Of a stretch of 38,984 nt of DNA, positions 1 to 13,008 are shown in pieces. The DNA is from Welwitschia mirabilis (taxonomy: Eukaryota): contig JBOZIK010000001.1 in NCBI GenBank assembly GCA_051453625.1, positions 49,955,277 through 49,994,260 on the forward strand, read 5' to 3'. The translations under genes were made by a program, and so were the position numbers. The notes beneath the pieces are model-generated. The model had not been told where the DNA came from and made no database searches. It saw only the letters and a list, made by a program, of their open reading frames with translations. The stretch's first letter is position 1, and the number at the start of each line of letters is the position of its first letter.

Positions 1-1866
1 GATGATGATACTTTCTCTTTTGAGTTTTAGTTTCTTACCTTTTCTATACTTGTTGAGTTTTAGCACATTTGAGAAGTTTTTTTTAGCATTGCTTCCTTCT
101 ACTTAGTGCGTTATTATGGTCTCATTCTTTTTCTCTTTAACACCATTTTTCCATTAGTCTTTTTTCATCATGTTTATGTTTTTTAGGATAATTCTTTACT
201 TTTTACCTTCTTCCTGATTTTTTGCTACTTTTTTAATGCTTGACTACTTTATAATTTTTCTAGTTTTCTCCTATCCTTTCAACATGTCATTTATTCAATT
301 TTGTCCCATGTCTATTATCCCCATGACAGACAGGATGATAATCATCCTTTTCACTCTATTATAATCTAGAACATCTTGCTTTACTTTTGAAGGGGACAAA
401 ACATCTTTTAAAGCTTTTTCTGAGATATTGAGTAAAAATTTTAAATTTAAAAGGATCATTTTTTATATTTATGATACATATTTATGATGAGTTAATTGGA
501 TATGATTTTATGTTACTTGAATAAAATTTCATAGACTTTATCTAGCAAGAGCATAGTAGCACACTTACAGAGTCTTTCTATAGTTATGTTTTAGAACATT
601 TAAAACATTTGAATAAGAGACAAGAATGTTATGGTTACTCTTTGTAACTTGTTCCTTGTAGAATACATTAATGAATGTGTATGCATCATTTCTTAAGTTA
701 TCACTGCTTAGTTTTACACATCAATTTTAATATTACTATCTCAAATTATGCATATACATTATCATTTTCTGAGCTATCATTTTACATTTTATGGCTTTTT
801 GTATGTATATAACATTTATTTCTTCTATTGCAATGTGTTTAAGTAGGAGGCTTATGAATATGTCAATATTTATATCAGTTAATTGGTTTTTAATGTATAT
901 TCCTACATGGTAAAAATTAAACTCAAAATTACATTTTTCTAGTTGCTAGTTATCTTAGTCAAATAGGCTTATAATTTAGTTAATGACTCACTTTATTAAG
1001 GATTGATAAGGCTATGTTATGATGCCAAGTNNNNNNNNNNNNNNNNNNNNNNNNNNNNNNNNNNNNNNNNNNNNNNNNNNNNNNNNNNNNNNNNNNNNNN
1101 NNNNNNNNNNNNNNNNNNNNNNNNNNNNNNNNNNNNNNNNNNNNNNNNNNNNNNNNNNNNNNNNNNNNNNNNNNNNNNNNNNNNNNNNNNNNNNNNNNNN
1201 NNNNNNNNNNNNNNNNNNNNNNNNNNNNNNNNNNNNNNNNNNNNNNNNNNNNNNNNNNNNNNNNNNNNNNNNNNNNNNNNNNNNNNNNNNNNNNNNNNNN
1301 NNNNNNNNNNNNNNNNNNNNNNNNNNNNNNNNNNNNNNNNNNNNNNNNNNNNNNNNNNNNNNNNNNNNNNNNNNNNNNNNNNNNNNNNNNNNNNNNNNNN
1401 NNNNNNNNNNNNNNNNNNNNNNNNNNNNNNNNNNNNNNNNNNNNNNNNNNNNNNNNNNNNNNNNNNNNNNNNNNNNNNNNNNNNNNNNNNNNNNNNNNNN
1501 NNNNNNNNNNNNNNNNNNNNNNNNNNNNNNNNNNNNNNNNNNNNNNNNNNNNNNNNNNNNNNNNNNNNNNNNNNNNNNNNNNNNNNNNNNNNNNNNNNNN
1601 NNNNNNNNNNNNNNNNNNNNNNNNNNNNNNNNNNNNNNNNNNNNNNNNNNNNNNNNNNNNNNNNNNNNNNNNNNNNNNNNNNNNNNNNNNNNNNNNNNNN
1701 NNNNNNNNNNNNNNNNNNNNNNNNNNNNNNNNNNNNNNNNNNNNNNNNNNNNNNNNNNNNNNNNNNNNNNNNNNNNNNNNNNNNNNNNNNNNNNNNNNNN
1801 NNNNNNNNNNNNNNNNNNNNNNNNNNNNNNNNNNNNNNNNNNNNNNNNNNNNNNNNNNNNNNNNNN

Positions 1867-2241
1867 TTCTATTTGGCATATCTTATAGTTTATGTTGGTT
1901 AGAAATAAGTGATAGAAATCTTCGTAATTAATCCAAGTTATAAGGATTAATTCTTATGACAGGAGGATTAGAATCTAAATAGATTCACTACACTTGCATT
2001 TAATACATTGCATTTCATCATCTTCATCTTGCATTGCATTTGCATTGTTGTTTACTTTCGTTTACTGAAAGATAAAAGACTAAAATACTTTGTAAAATCA
2101 ATTTTCTAACTTCTAACCTAGTGCCTTCAATGAATTACGAAATTCAGGTTAACTTCCGTCTATACACTGTGTGTTTTTTTTAAGTATTATGATTTACAAG
2201 TTTTGCCTAAGGACTTAAGAATTGAATAAATTCACACTACA
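1867..2241 (+). mobile_element. 3' portion of a degenerate LTR, ending ...ttcacactaca; same family as the minus-strand LTR at 35127-35601
   Basis: Collinear similarity to the reverse complement of 35127-35500 (shared blocks ttctatttg.c.ta, aaaatcaatt, aatgaatt.ac, tcc.tctatac; both end aataaa..cac.aca with terminal CA). The 5' part is lost in the gap 1031-1866. Confidence 0.55.
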
Positions 2242-2637
2242 ATAATTACAAGCATAGAAAATCACATATTTGAAATCAAGCAAATTAAATTGAAAGAACA
2301 ACCATTCTTTATTACTCAAATGGAGTGAAGTCTACATCAAAGAAAGATTTAATTCAAACTAAAGATATCATGTTAGCCTTGGAAGGCTATCTCTTTTCTA
2401 ATAGAGAATATTGAAATTTAGACATGCTGAGTGCTCTTATAATAATACATAAAAATTCACCAATCCATAAACATCCCAAAAAGTGATGCTAGGGTATCTT
2501 TTTATACATTAATAACTAGTGTTAAGTTTGGACTTCCATAAATTTGGCAAAAAATTAAATTCTTTAGATCCAATCACAAACAAATGTAACTAAGTCAGCA
2601 TCCAGAGATGAACGTAAGCCATGAGACTCAATGTTAA
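2242..2637 (-). mobile_element. Middle part of an older minus-strand Athila-like LTR, split by the insertion at 2638-13008
   Basis: The reverse complement (gagatagccttccaaggctaacatgata...tctttgatgta...taataaagaatgg) aligns with LTR sequence at 3180-3290 and 12255-12360. It contains a TATA-like tataaaaag on the minus strand near 2500. Confidence 0.6.
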
Positions 2638-3930
2638 TGATAGCATGTAAAAATTTACATTTATCTCAAGTATATCAGGTAAATTTATCATAGTAAAGAC
2701 ATTAAATTAACTATTTTAATCATAAAGACATGTCTTTATTATTTATGATTCCATACTTGAACTTATAAATTTTCTCATAACTTTTACAAGTATTTAACTA
2801 TATTTAGGAGGATATGCTAAAAGATGAAGGTGTTCTTGCATAAAATGCTGGTGGAACTAGTTACTTGTGTAGTGGCACCAATTAGTTTTGAATAATAGCT
2901 TTCAACTTATGTCTTGGATTCATCGTGGAGAAATAATCAACTTATGATTATGAGTCAGTAATTTACTATACCATAATTCACTATTATCCACTGCTATAAA
3001 ATGATCAGTTTTATTGTAATAACCCTAACAAAGAGAACCCTAAATTGTCAAATCCTAGTCTTAGTTTCCTTATAAAAACGGCTAAGAACCTTATTTATAA
3101 AGATGTTTGGGGCATTTAAGAGCATTTACTCTTGGAAGAAAGAACTCTTTTGTCATGTCCTTTCAGTTTTCCTCCTTTGGAAAGGGGCTCTTCTTAAGAC
3201 TAGCATGATGTTTTATTAGAAGTTTGAATTTCCTTTTTTGATGTAATGTATTATTTTAGTTTTACATAATAAAGATAGTGGATTCCTTTCTTAATTTTTA
3301 GTCTTGAATCACTTCATATTTTTAATGCTTAATTGGGATTTACTCATTATCAAGTTATCAATATTTCTGAGTGAATCTTTTTGTTTATCTCTTACTTGCA
3401 TATTGTAATTTCATTTAATGGATCTTGGGATTTGTTCCTACTTTTCATGCTTATAAACAAGCTATAACATGTAGAGTGAAAAAGGATGTTACTAACACTC
3501 ATGTGGTAAATGAGATAATGTTACCATGATTTGATCCTTATTGAACTTGGTAGATTTATGATGTAAAATTAGACTTGAGATACATCTTTGAATGGAAATA
3601 TATTTTTTCATGAAACATTCATATTATTTCTTGAGGCTATGTCTATTTCCAAGCTCTTATTTGTTGAATCTCTTCTCCTTCTTTATTATTCTCGTTTTGA
3701 AGTTTTTTGATTGAATCCTTTTTTTAGTTAAGAAATGTGTGTTTTACTATTTTTCTATCTCTTTTATCCTAATGAAATAATGACTCTGGGATATTTTCTA
3801 TAATCAAAGTTCTATATTACTATTGGTCAAAGTTGGACTCGACTACATAATATTTATATTAATTAGGATGATCTTACATTTATCTTTTATTAACAAAAGG
3901 CATAAGCATAGTTGAGTTGTATCTTGAACA
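2638..3930 (+). repeat. 5' LTR of Athila-like element 1
   Basis: Starts TGATAGCATG, ends TTGAACA; collinear with 11450-13008 (12 mismatches in one 80-nt block counted by eye); TATA-like tataaaa at ~3071. Confidence 0.85.
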
Positions 3931-3938
3931 GATTTTTT

Positions 3939-3956
3939 TGGCATTGTCACTAGGAA
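3939..3956 (+). promoter_or_regulatory. Decayed primer-binding site complementary to the tRNA-Asp 3' end
   Basis: TGGCATTGTCACTAGGAA versus the Athila consensus TGGCGCCGTTGCCGGGGA: 10/18 identical, all 8 differences are transitions. It lies 8 nt after the LTR end. Confidence 0.7.
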
Positions 3957-5218
3957 TAATAGTATAGTGGCTTCAGTAGGACATGCATAGATGTTTCTTC
4001 TTTACAATGTAAGTTTTAGTGTTTTTCATTTTCTTACATTTCCATTAGTTGGTAATGGTTCATTTTTAGAGACATTGAAACTAGTCTAGCTTTTCTTTTA
4101 TATTTTTTCATTTCTTTTAGTTTTTATACTTTTTGGTGATGGGTATTGGTCCTTTGTAGTGATACCTAAACTAGTATGTTTTTCCAAGTTCTTTCAAGTT
4201 TTTGTGAACCTTGTATCTCTAACCTAAATGTGATTGTTATATTGATCTCTTTGTGTGTAATGCTAACTAGTTTTTATAGGTTCTACTACCAACTTCTTTT
4301 GAAATAAGGATGAAGTGATGAAAAAAAAAAATCAAAACCACATAAAAGAACCCTCATCCCTCTCTTTTCTTTTTTCTGCATTTTTTTTATTATAGTAGAG
4401 TTTTCATTTTTAGTATTGTATGTCACAGATTAGACTTCTGATACCTAGTTCTCTAATGATTTTTTTCCTAGATCTGTATGTGGGTTTTATTTCATTTTGT
4501 TTCTCTACCATCTCATTTTTTGTCAACTATTTCCCACTATTGATAATGAAAATAAATTTACATGGCCAAAACCATAATGTTCCTCTTTTTTTGAAGTGTG
4601 TTAGCTAAACAACTAGCACTATCATGATGCCTCACTAATGTCATCAACCGTTTTGATCCAATCACTCCAAAAGTTTATTGAGACACTTGTCTTATTTTTT
4701 CTAACCTTTTCCATTATCAGGTACCTTTGAAAAAAAAACCATCTTCATCTCATTCTTAGACATTCTAGAATTTAAATAGATCCTAATCATTCATAAGTTT
4801 TCTTTAAATTTATTGTTGTGTCCCAACATGACCCCTAGCACCTAGGGGACTCCTTTGCCTCCTACCTTACTTATCTTCAACCCCTTTTCTATTCATCCTA
4901 CCTCTTTCTTATCTTCCTCTTCTCTTNNNNNNNNNNNNNNNNNNNNNNNNNNNNNNNNNNNNNNNNNNNNNNNNNNNNNNNNNNNNNNNNNNNNNNNNNN
5001 NNNNNNNNNNNNNNNNNNNNNNNNNNCATGAGAACTCACTAATGTCACCCACCTTTTTGATCCAATCACTCCAAAAATTTATTGAGACACTTGTCTTATC
5101 TTTTCTAACCTTTTCCATTATTAGGTACCTTTGAAAAAAACCATATTCATCTCATTCTCAGATATTCTAAACTTTTAATAGATCCTAATCATTTATAATT
5201 TTTCTTTAAATTTGTTGT

Positions 5219-8158
5219 TGTAACCTAACATAACCCCTAGTGCCTAGGGGACTCCTTCGCCTTCTACCTTACTTATCTTCTTCTCCTTTTCCCTAATTCT
5301 TTTCCTTCCTTATTACCTTTCGCTCGCTTGCTCTTTCCTTCCTTCCCCTTTTCCCCTCATCTCCATCTTCTTTTAATCCCCTTATCCTTGAAGACCCTAT
5401 AAATCCATTCCCAAATTGAATTAAGGACTCTTTTATGTCTAAGGCATGAAAATGATGTTCCATTAACCTCCACTGCCTTTTGACATGGACTTTAGGCTCC
5501 CCTTAGATCTTGATCTTCCTTTGGCAATTAACCTTTAGGTCTCCTTATTATTCTCTTTTTCCCTTGCTTACTTTCTTCTCCTATCATTCTCTTTTTCTTT
5601 TCCTTTACTCTCTATTCTCTCCTCTCATCCTCTTCCTTCTTCTATTCACTCCTTTCCTTTACTTCGTCCTTTACCTTGTCCCCTTTTCAACACCTTTTCT
5701 CCCCTTTTCGTCCTATCTTTCCTTCTTCTTCCCACTTTTTCACCGTTATCCTTTTATCTTCCCCTCTTTTCCTTTATTTTATCCTCTTTTCTATTCCCTA
5801 TCTTCTCTTTCTTTTCTCTTCCTCTCCCTTCTCCCTACTTTTCTTACTACTTTTTCTAACTCACCAACTTCTCTGAATTCCACCCATTGTAATTTAAGCT
5901 TCTTCCACATCTTACGCATGGAAGATAAATCCCCCTCCTGCATAGAAGGACCCTTCTGCCTCTAGATAGTTATATGGGTCTTGAAAGCCCTCTAGACCCA
6001 CCTTTTTAGTCTCCNNNNNNNNNNNNNNNNNNNNNNNNNNNNNNNNNNNNNNNNNNNNNNNNNNNNNNNNNNNNNNNNNNNNNNNNNNNNNNNNNNNNNN
6101 NNNNNNNNNNNNNNTTCTATTCTATGTCTTGGATGAGGAAGATAAGTTTCCTACCCTTAAATATCACTTCTCCTAGCTCCTTAACCCTCTTAGTGGTTTT
6201 AGAGCCTCTTTAGATCCACTTTCTTAGCTCTCCTCACCATTCAATTCATTTTGACAATTAGGTAACCCCTTCATATTGATTCCCTTGCTCATCCTACCCT
6301 ATTTACTTTGTATTTCTTTCTTTTCTCTTATCTTTCCATCTTTCTACCCTTTCCTCACCCTTTTAACCCCTCTTTTCACCCCTTTTCTACTAAATCACCC
6401 TCCCAAACACCCATAAACTTTCATTCCATATGAATTTCATGCCCTAGGCATGCAATGCCATCTAATTTCACACCTTGAGTGTGGAATCCACCCCTCTTCC
6501 ATGCTTAGGATGTAGAAATTCTCTTTTCTCCTCTAAAAACTAAGGTTAAATAGCTCCTATACTTAGTTTTTATCTCTAGAAACCTTCAAAAATTAGCTCT
6601 TTTGACCTCTATCTCTTTCCCTTACCTCTCAATAGTTAAGAAACTCCTTTCCACTAGTTTCCTTTGATATTATCAATTCTCAATTCTTACTATGGGTTTA
6701 TCATTGCCTTTTCATTCACCTTTGATGAATCATCACCAATAATCCATCAACTTAGAGTTTAGAAGAGTTATAAGGTTGTATCAAATCCTTAGGGTGCACT
6801 AGAATCAAGTGAGCTTTCCCATGAAACAACACTCTGGGGTGAGTACTAGCTTGATACCTAGGGAGAGGATGACTGATCTAGTAAGATGATCCTTCTTGAT
6901 ATCATTACGGACTAGCTAATGACTACCATAATATCGATGACCTCAATCATGTCGATCACTATCATTAGGCCTACAACAATAGCCATAGTCNNNNNNNNNN
7001 ACTTCCTGTCAATGATAGTAATAGAATCCACTTCCATCTGATGACAATGATCTTACTGAGAACTATTAGCATTAATCCTCCATGTTAGTCTGCTAAACTC
7101 ATTACTAATCTGGAGCTATCTATAAAGACCTCCATGGCTTATTGTCAGTCCACTTCCCTTTCATACTTCCATGTTAGTTTTTCTTTCTTGCTCTTAGCCC
7201 AAAGGGATAGCCTCTTCCTTTTACTTCCCCTTCTAAGTCCTTGCATTTGGAGATCCTCTTTATATTCTCTTTTAGTTTCTAATGCCACCTCCATCCCAGT
7301 GATCTTTTTATGAACTAGAGGTGTCCTATCTTCCTTTTCCTATTTCCTAGATGGTTAAATTACTTTATAATAGCTCTTACTCTAAGTCAGTAGGTAGATG
7401 AATCCTCCCCTTACTGATAGAAGAATCTAGTAAACACATGAAGACATATCTTATGATTCCCTTTTATATTTATATTTCTCTATCTATTTACTATTTACTG
7501 TTCATTTTTCTCATGTTACTTTGTACTCCTTTCCCCACTAACCCAACCTTTTCCCTTTAATGCCCATAAGGGAAACACTATATAATTATCTCCCGAATGG
7601 GAAGAAAGAAAAAGAGGAGGTATGGGTTTTAATTTCAATAATAAAGAAAAGTTATTTTTCACATCTTTAGAATTGTATTTGCCAAGTATCTTAGGAGTAG
7701 TAAACAAGGGACCTGATTTCAAATAGCTTCTTTACACAAAGGAGAAACCAAGCATTATATTTTTAGGAGGAATACCATCCTTTACATGAGCCCTTCTTCT
7801 TTAGTTAAACCTCATCATATTTCACTTTCTTAGCCTAGGGAGGAGACCTATTATAACCTCTAATTCCANNNNNNNNNNNNNNNNNNNNNNNNNNNNNNNN
7901 NNNNNNNNNNNNNNNNNNNNNNNNNNNNNNNNNNNNNNNNNNNNNNNNNNNNNNNNNNNNNNNNNNNNNNNNNNNNNNNNNNNNNNNNNNNNNNNNNNNN
8001 NNNNNNNNNNNNNNNNNNNNNNNNNNNNNNNNNNNNNNNNNNNNNNNNNNNNNNNNNNNNNNNNNNNNNNNNNACCTTAAGTGGAATTGTTTACAAGTAC
8101 CTAATTTCGAGCTACCCTCTAAAACAAGTCTAGGACCTTACCCTAGAAAGTAAGTTAT
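5219..8158 (+). mobile_element. Candidate nested ~2.9-kb insertion (solo-LTR-like, TGTAAC start as in Tekay/Del) inside the 5' UTR of element 1
   Basis: Begins tgtaac, ends aagttat, flanked by identical gttgt (5214-5218 and 8159-8163). Removing it leaves a continuous tttaaatttgttgtcttttcc. Internal TATA-like ctataaag near 7120. The 3' terminus is not a clean CA. Confidence 0.4.
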
Positions 8159-8619
8159 GTTGTCTTTTCCGAGCGTGGGAAAGAGAATATATATCAATAT
8201 TTATAGGGTAAATCATTCTATCAAATCCATTCAAAATCTAATATGGAGTTTAGTGTCAATCATGAAATTGGATTTTTCTCTTTATTCATCCTCTATGATA
8301 ACCCATACTATTTCAAACCTAAAAATCCTTCTCACACTAAATGAACTATAAGGGATTATCTTAAACATATAGGAAATCCTTCATACATAGATCAATCTCT
8401 TTATGATCCTCAGTTTGAAAAATCCTTATTATCAACAAAAAAGAGTGTAATCTTATGTTTTCTACCATCCCATATGACCCATATTCTTCGTCATCTTATT
8501 AATGTCATTTATTTTCTAATATTTATACTTTATTTTTTCATGAGAATCTATCATCTTCCCTTTCATCTTCTTCATCCTTTGATCAACATCCTTCATTTCT
8601 CGAAACTTAACAATCCTCT

Positions 8620-8904
8620 TCATCTTCCTTTGAGGACATCCTTAAAATTTTTATGGAATATTAACAATATTATAACTAGTACACCTCTTTCATCCTAAAA
8701 AAACTTGAGAAAAATATCTAATAATTAAATGAGACTATTAATCAACTCCTTAGTGCCTTTAATTGAAATGAAGAGGAAGATATTCCTACATGCCTTGAAC
8801 CTCATTTGAGAAATCTCAAAATACTAAAAAGAATTAATGATAGTCAATTTGACGATGCTAAAGTCATACCCTTTAGAAATGAAAAGGAAACTAATGAAGA
8901 CCTA
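8620..8904 (+). pseudogene. gag: Athila-type gag C-terminal remnant
   Basis: One frame reads SSSFEDILKIFMEY*QYYN*YTSFILKKLEKNI**LNETINQLLSAFN*NEEEDIPTCLEPH...DDAKVIPFRNEKE. This resembles the Athila gag pattern LEDMLKQFM...IKNLETQIGQLA..LN..E.G.LPSQ.E.NP...AKAITLRSGK. The stops are explicable as C>T in CAA/CAG/CGA. Confidence 0.65.
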
Positions 8905-11449
8905 TAAGATAAGAACTTATTAGAGGATCAACAATAAACTAAGAAAAGTCCATCCTTTGAGAAGAGTCATACATTTGAAACTGAGTCATTAAGAAGCTCT
9001 AATAAAGATGAGAACTTTAAACTCATACTTAAGCCATCACATGTGGAATCTTTTCCTTCTTTCTAATACATTCATGAACAAAATATTTCTATTTCTTCAT
9101 ATTCATCCTTTATGTAAGACCCCAACTTTAATGAAGAAGATAAACCTTCCTTANNNNNNNNNNTCTATTAATAAACAATACCTTTATCTAATGGTTTTCA
9201 AATCATCTTTGTCTTCTCCTCAAAATGATATTTTTCAAGAATTGTTGAGAAAGTATAAACAAATTAAATAATGGATCATTTCAAGCCTTAATGAATAAAA
9301 TATACTACTTAAATTAATGTTCTATCTAATTTTGTAGACTCAGGTATAAATATTTACATGGATTCTCCTAGTTCATTACACTTCACATGATCATAGCTTT
9401 CATTTCCTTAACCCTTCACTCATGCATTATCTTGGAAAGCCCTTCTCTTCAACAATTTTGGTTTTGTTGCATGGTTTTATATTGGATTTTTCTCCTCCTT
9501 ATCTTCTTATTTCTTTCTTTTTTATTTTTTCCCCTTTTTTTAAAGAATATACATAGGATGGATGGGTTCATGTATAATAAAACCAATGTCTCCTGATGGT
9601 GTCTCTTTGATGGAATCATCCAAGCGCTACCATTTATGTAATCATTACCTTAAATCATTACACCTAGCTAATCCAAAATTTTATCCACATTACAAAATAA
9701 TCCATCACTATCATAAACCTTGCCATTCACCTCTTCCATCATGGCTTTATTTCATAAGAATCCCTAACCATTCACCCCTCCCATTTACTTATGAGTTTTT
9801 AAGACTTAATAACCCAGGTTGATTACCTTCAATAATTAATTGATAATAAGTGATCTATTTATCATTCCAAGTTTTGGTTATAATTAGGTTCACTTATGAT
9901 TTTTGAGAGAAAGCTATGCTTATTTTGACTTATATTGTTAAGGTTTTCATTAACTTAAAGTCTTTAATTTGGAAAAAGAAAATGGATGAAAAGGTGAAAT
10001 TTCTGCTTTCATGTGGTATCCTTAGTTTTCAAGCATTCATTAGGTTAAGATTATTTCTTAATTAGGCTAATGAGCTAATGATCCATCCTATGTGCATATT
10101 TAAAAAAATAAAATGATGAATATAAGAAGTAGAATCAAAAGAAAAATAAAAAATTTCTCCAAAAGCATACTTCCATTTTTAATCATTCTTATTAAGTTTA
10201 GTTATCTAGATCAAAGCTATGGATACTCATTGGTAATGAAGATCTTACAATCTATTCGTGGTATGTTCAACTACATTAGGGGTATAGACACTTGTTGATA
10301 ATGCAACATTAAATTATTCAAGAATAACATATTTAACTCTACTGTAAGAAAATGTCATAATACTAGATTCTCAATAAGATCAAATGCTTAAAACAAAGGT
10401 ACTCATGTTTAAAAGCTTTAAGAAATAAGGCCATAATCTTAGGTAATTTGTATCTTTTATTCATAGGTAGGATGATTGATTTGCCATATGCATTGCCACT
10501 TTTCATTTCATGACTATTCACATTTCCATTTTCTAATAAACACTTCATCAATTAGATTCTTCTTTTCATTATAGCTTAGTTGTATTGCTTTGAATATTTC
10601 CCTTTGTAATAAAATAACATGTAATGAAGAATCTTCCTTTTAATGTGGTATCAACTTANNNNNNNNNNNNNNNNNNNNNNNNNNNNNNNNNNNNNNNNNN
10701 NNNNNNNNNNNNNNNNNNNNNNNNNNNNNNNNNNNNNNNNNNNNNNNNNNNNNNNNNNGTAATGAAACACTAAATTATTCAAGAACAACATATTTAACTC
10801 TATTATAAGAAAATGTCATAATACTATATTCTTAATAAGATCAAATGCTTGAAACAAAGGCACTCATGTTTATAGAAGGAAACGTGGAAAGTAAACAAAG
10901 GTACTCATGATTGTATGGTATTTATATTTATTAAATAAAATTAAAATTTATAAAAACTTTAAGAAATAAGGCCATTAGCTTAGGTAATTTGTCTCTTTTA
11001 TTCATAGGTAGTATGGTCGATTTGTCGTATGCATTGCCACTTTTCATTTCATGCCTATTCACATTGCCATTTTCTAATAAACACTTCATCAATTAGCTTT
11101 TTCTTTTCATTGTAGCTTAGTTGCATTGCTTTGAATTTTTCCATTTGTAATAAAATAACATGTAATGAAGCATCTTAATTTTAATGTATTATCAACTTAT
11201 TCTTAAATTCTACATTAATTTTTTTACCTTTTCAAATTTTAAGGATAAAGTTTAATTGGGTTGGCATATATAACATTCACATTTTTTAAGAAATTTTTTG
11301 ATTTTAATGCCTTATGCTTATAAAAATTAGTAAAAAATTTTAAGTTCATCATTTCGATACATGAATGTTTTATTTATTAATGTTTCTATGTTAGTCATAC
11401 TGCATTAAATGTTTTGCTAAGGGACTAGTAAAAGGTTGGTTGAGGGATG

Positions 11450-13008
11450 CCATAACATGCAAAGAGTAAAATTTATCTCAAGTATATCAAGATAATATAT
11501 CATATTTAAGATATTAAATTAACTATTGTAATTATAAATACATGTTTTCTATCTTTTCTAATGCCATATTTAAACTTATATATTTCCCATGACTTTTTCA
11601 TGTTTTTTCAACTACATTCTAGAACTTATGCTAAANNNNNNNNNNNNNNNNNNNNNNNNNNNNNNNNNNNNNNNNNNNNNNNNNNNNNNNNNNNNNNNNN
11701 NNNNNNNNNNNNNNNNNNNNNNNNNNNNNNNNNNNTTATCTCAAGTATATCAAGCTAATATATCATATTGAAGACATTAAATTAACTATTGTAATCATAA
11801 GAACATGTCTTCTATCTTTTCTAATGCCATACTTGAACTTATATGTTTTCCATGACTTTTTCATGTTTTTTAACTACATTCTAAAACTTATGCCAAAATA
11901 TGAAGGTTTTCTCACATAAAACATTAGTAGAATGGGTTACTTATGTGGTGGCATTGGTAAATTTTGGAGAATATCTTTCCAACTTACATTGTAGATTCAT
12001 CATGAAGAAATGATCAACTTGCAGTTATGGACCNNNNNNNNNNTACTAAACCAAAATTTTTAATTACCCATAATGACCAATTTTATTATAATAATCCTAA
12101 CTGGGAAAACCTAAAGCATCAAACACTAGCCATAGTTTTCCCTAAAAAAAGGCCAAGTGCCTTGTTTATAAGATCTTAGTGCATTCAACAACACTTAATC
12201 TTAGAGAAAAAAAAAAAACCCTACCATCATGTTCTTCTAGTTTTTCTCCTATGGGAATGGGATAGCCTTGATGCAAGCATGACATTTTATTTACAAGTTT
12301 GATTTTACTTCTTTGATGTAATGTATTATTTTAATTTTGATTAATAAAGATAGTGGCTTTTTTTTTTGATTTCTAGTTATGAATCACTTCACTTTTTTAA
12401 TGGTTGATTGGGATCTACTCATTACCAAGTTATCAATAATTCTGAGTAAATCTTTTTATTCATTTATTACTTGTATAGTGTGATTTTGTTTGATGAATCT
12501 TAGGACTTTTTTCCCTACTTTTCATGCTTATGAATAGGCTATAACAAACTAGAATGATGATGGATCTCACTAACACTCATGTGGTAAATGAGATAACGTC
12601 ATCGTGATTCGAGCTTCATTAAACTTGGTAGATTTATGATGTAAAGTTGGACTTGTAATATATCTTTGAATGAAAATCTCTTATTTTGTGAAAAATTCAT
12701 GTTAGTTCTTAAGTGCTATGTCTATTTTCAAGATCTTATTTAATGAATATTTTCTACTTCTTTATCATTCTTGATTTTAAGTGTTTGATTGAATCTTTTT
12801 ACTAGTTTAGAAGTGTGTGTTTTTACTATTTTTTATCCTTTTTATCCCTATGAAAGAATGACTCTGGGACCTTTTCTATAGTGAAAGTTTTAGATTATTA
12901 TTAGTAAAAGTTAGACTTGAATGCATAATATTTGTGTTGACTAGAATGATCTTGCATTTATCTTTAATTAACACAGGACAAAAGTGTAGCTGAGTTACAC
13001 CTCAAACA
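11450..13008 (+). repeat. 3' LTR of Athila-like element 1 (contains a gap-flanking duplication 11472-11635/11736-11897)
   Basis: Follows the PPT-like aaaggttggttgaggga (11431-11447); collinear with 2638-3930; ends ctcaaaca. Confidence 0.85.

Larger units (their letters stand above)
2638..13008 (+). mobile_element. Degenerate non-autonomous (pol-less) Athila-like Ty3/gypsy LTR retrotransposon
   Basis: Paired LTRs 2638-3930 and ~11450-13008, decayed tRNA-Asp PBS, Athila-type ttgctaagggactag..PPT, gag C-terminal remnant, and TSD relic gttaa (2633-2637)/attag (13009-13013) differing by two transitions. No RT, RNase H or integrase motifs seen. Confidence 0.8.

Noticed and set aside
1-403. Possible LTR terminus (tgttttgtcccc on the minus strand) resembling the A-rich LTR-like block at ~23865-25152
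   Set aside because: Similarity is patchy and no TSD, PBS or PPT could be confirmed; probably TE-derived but unsupported.
980-1902. Long ORFs in the track (also 19096-20625, 23855-24643, 36070-36423)
   Set aside because: They are open only because they run through N gaps.
5510-5965. 151-aa F/L/S/P-rich membrane-like ORF and the overlapping 66-aa ORF
   Set aside because: An artefact of the polypyrimidine tract, which rarely forms stop codons; non-ATG starts.
6848-6860. Minus-strand iMet PBS-like sequence (taggtatcaagct)
   Set aside because: Requires an indel, has no adjacent LTR CA terminus, and no gag is recognisable downstream on the minus strand.
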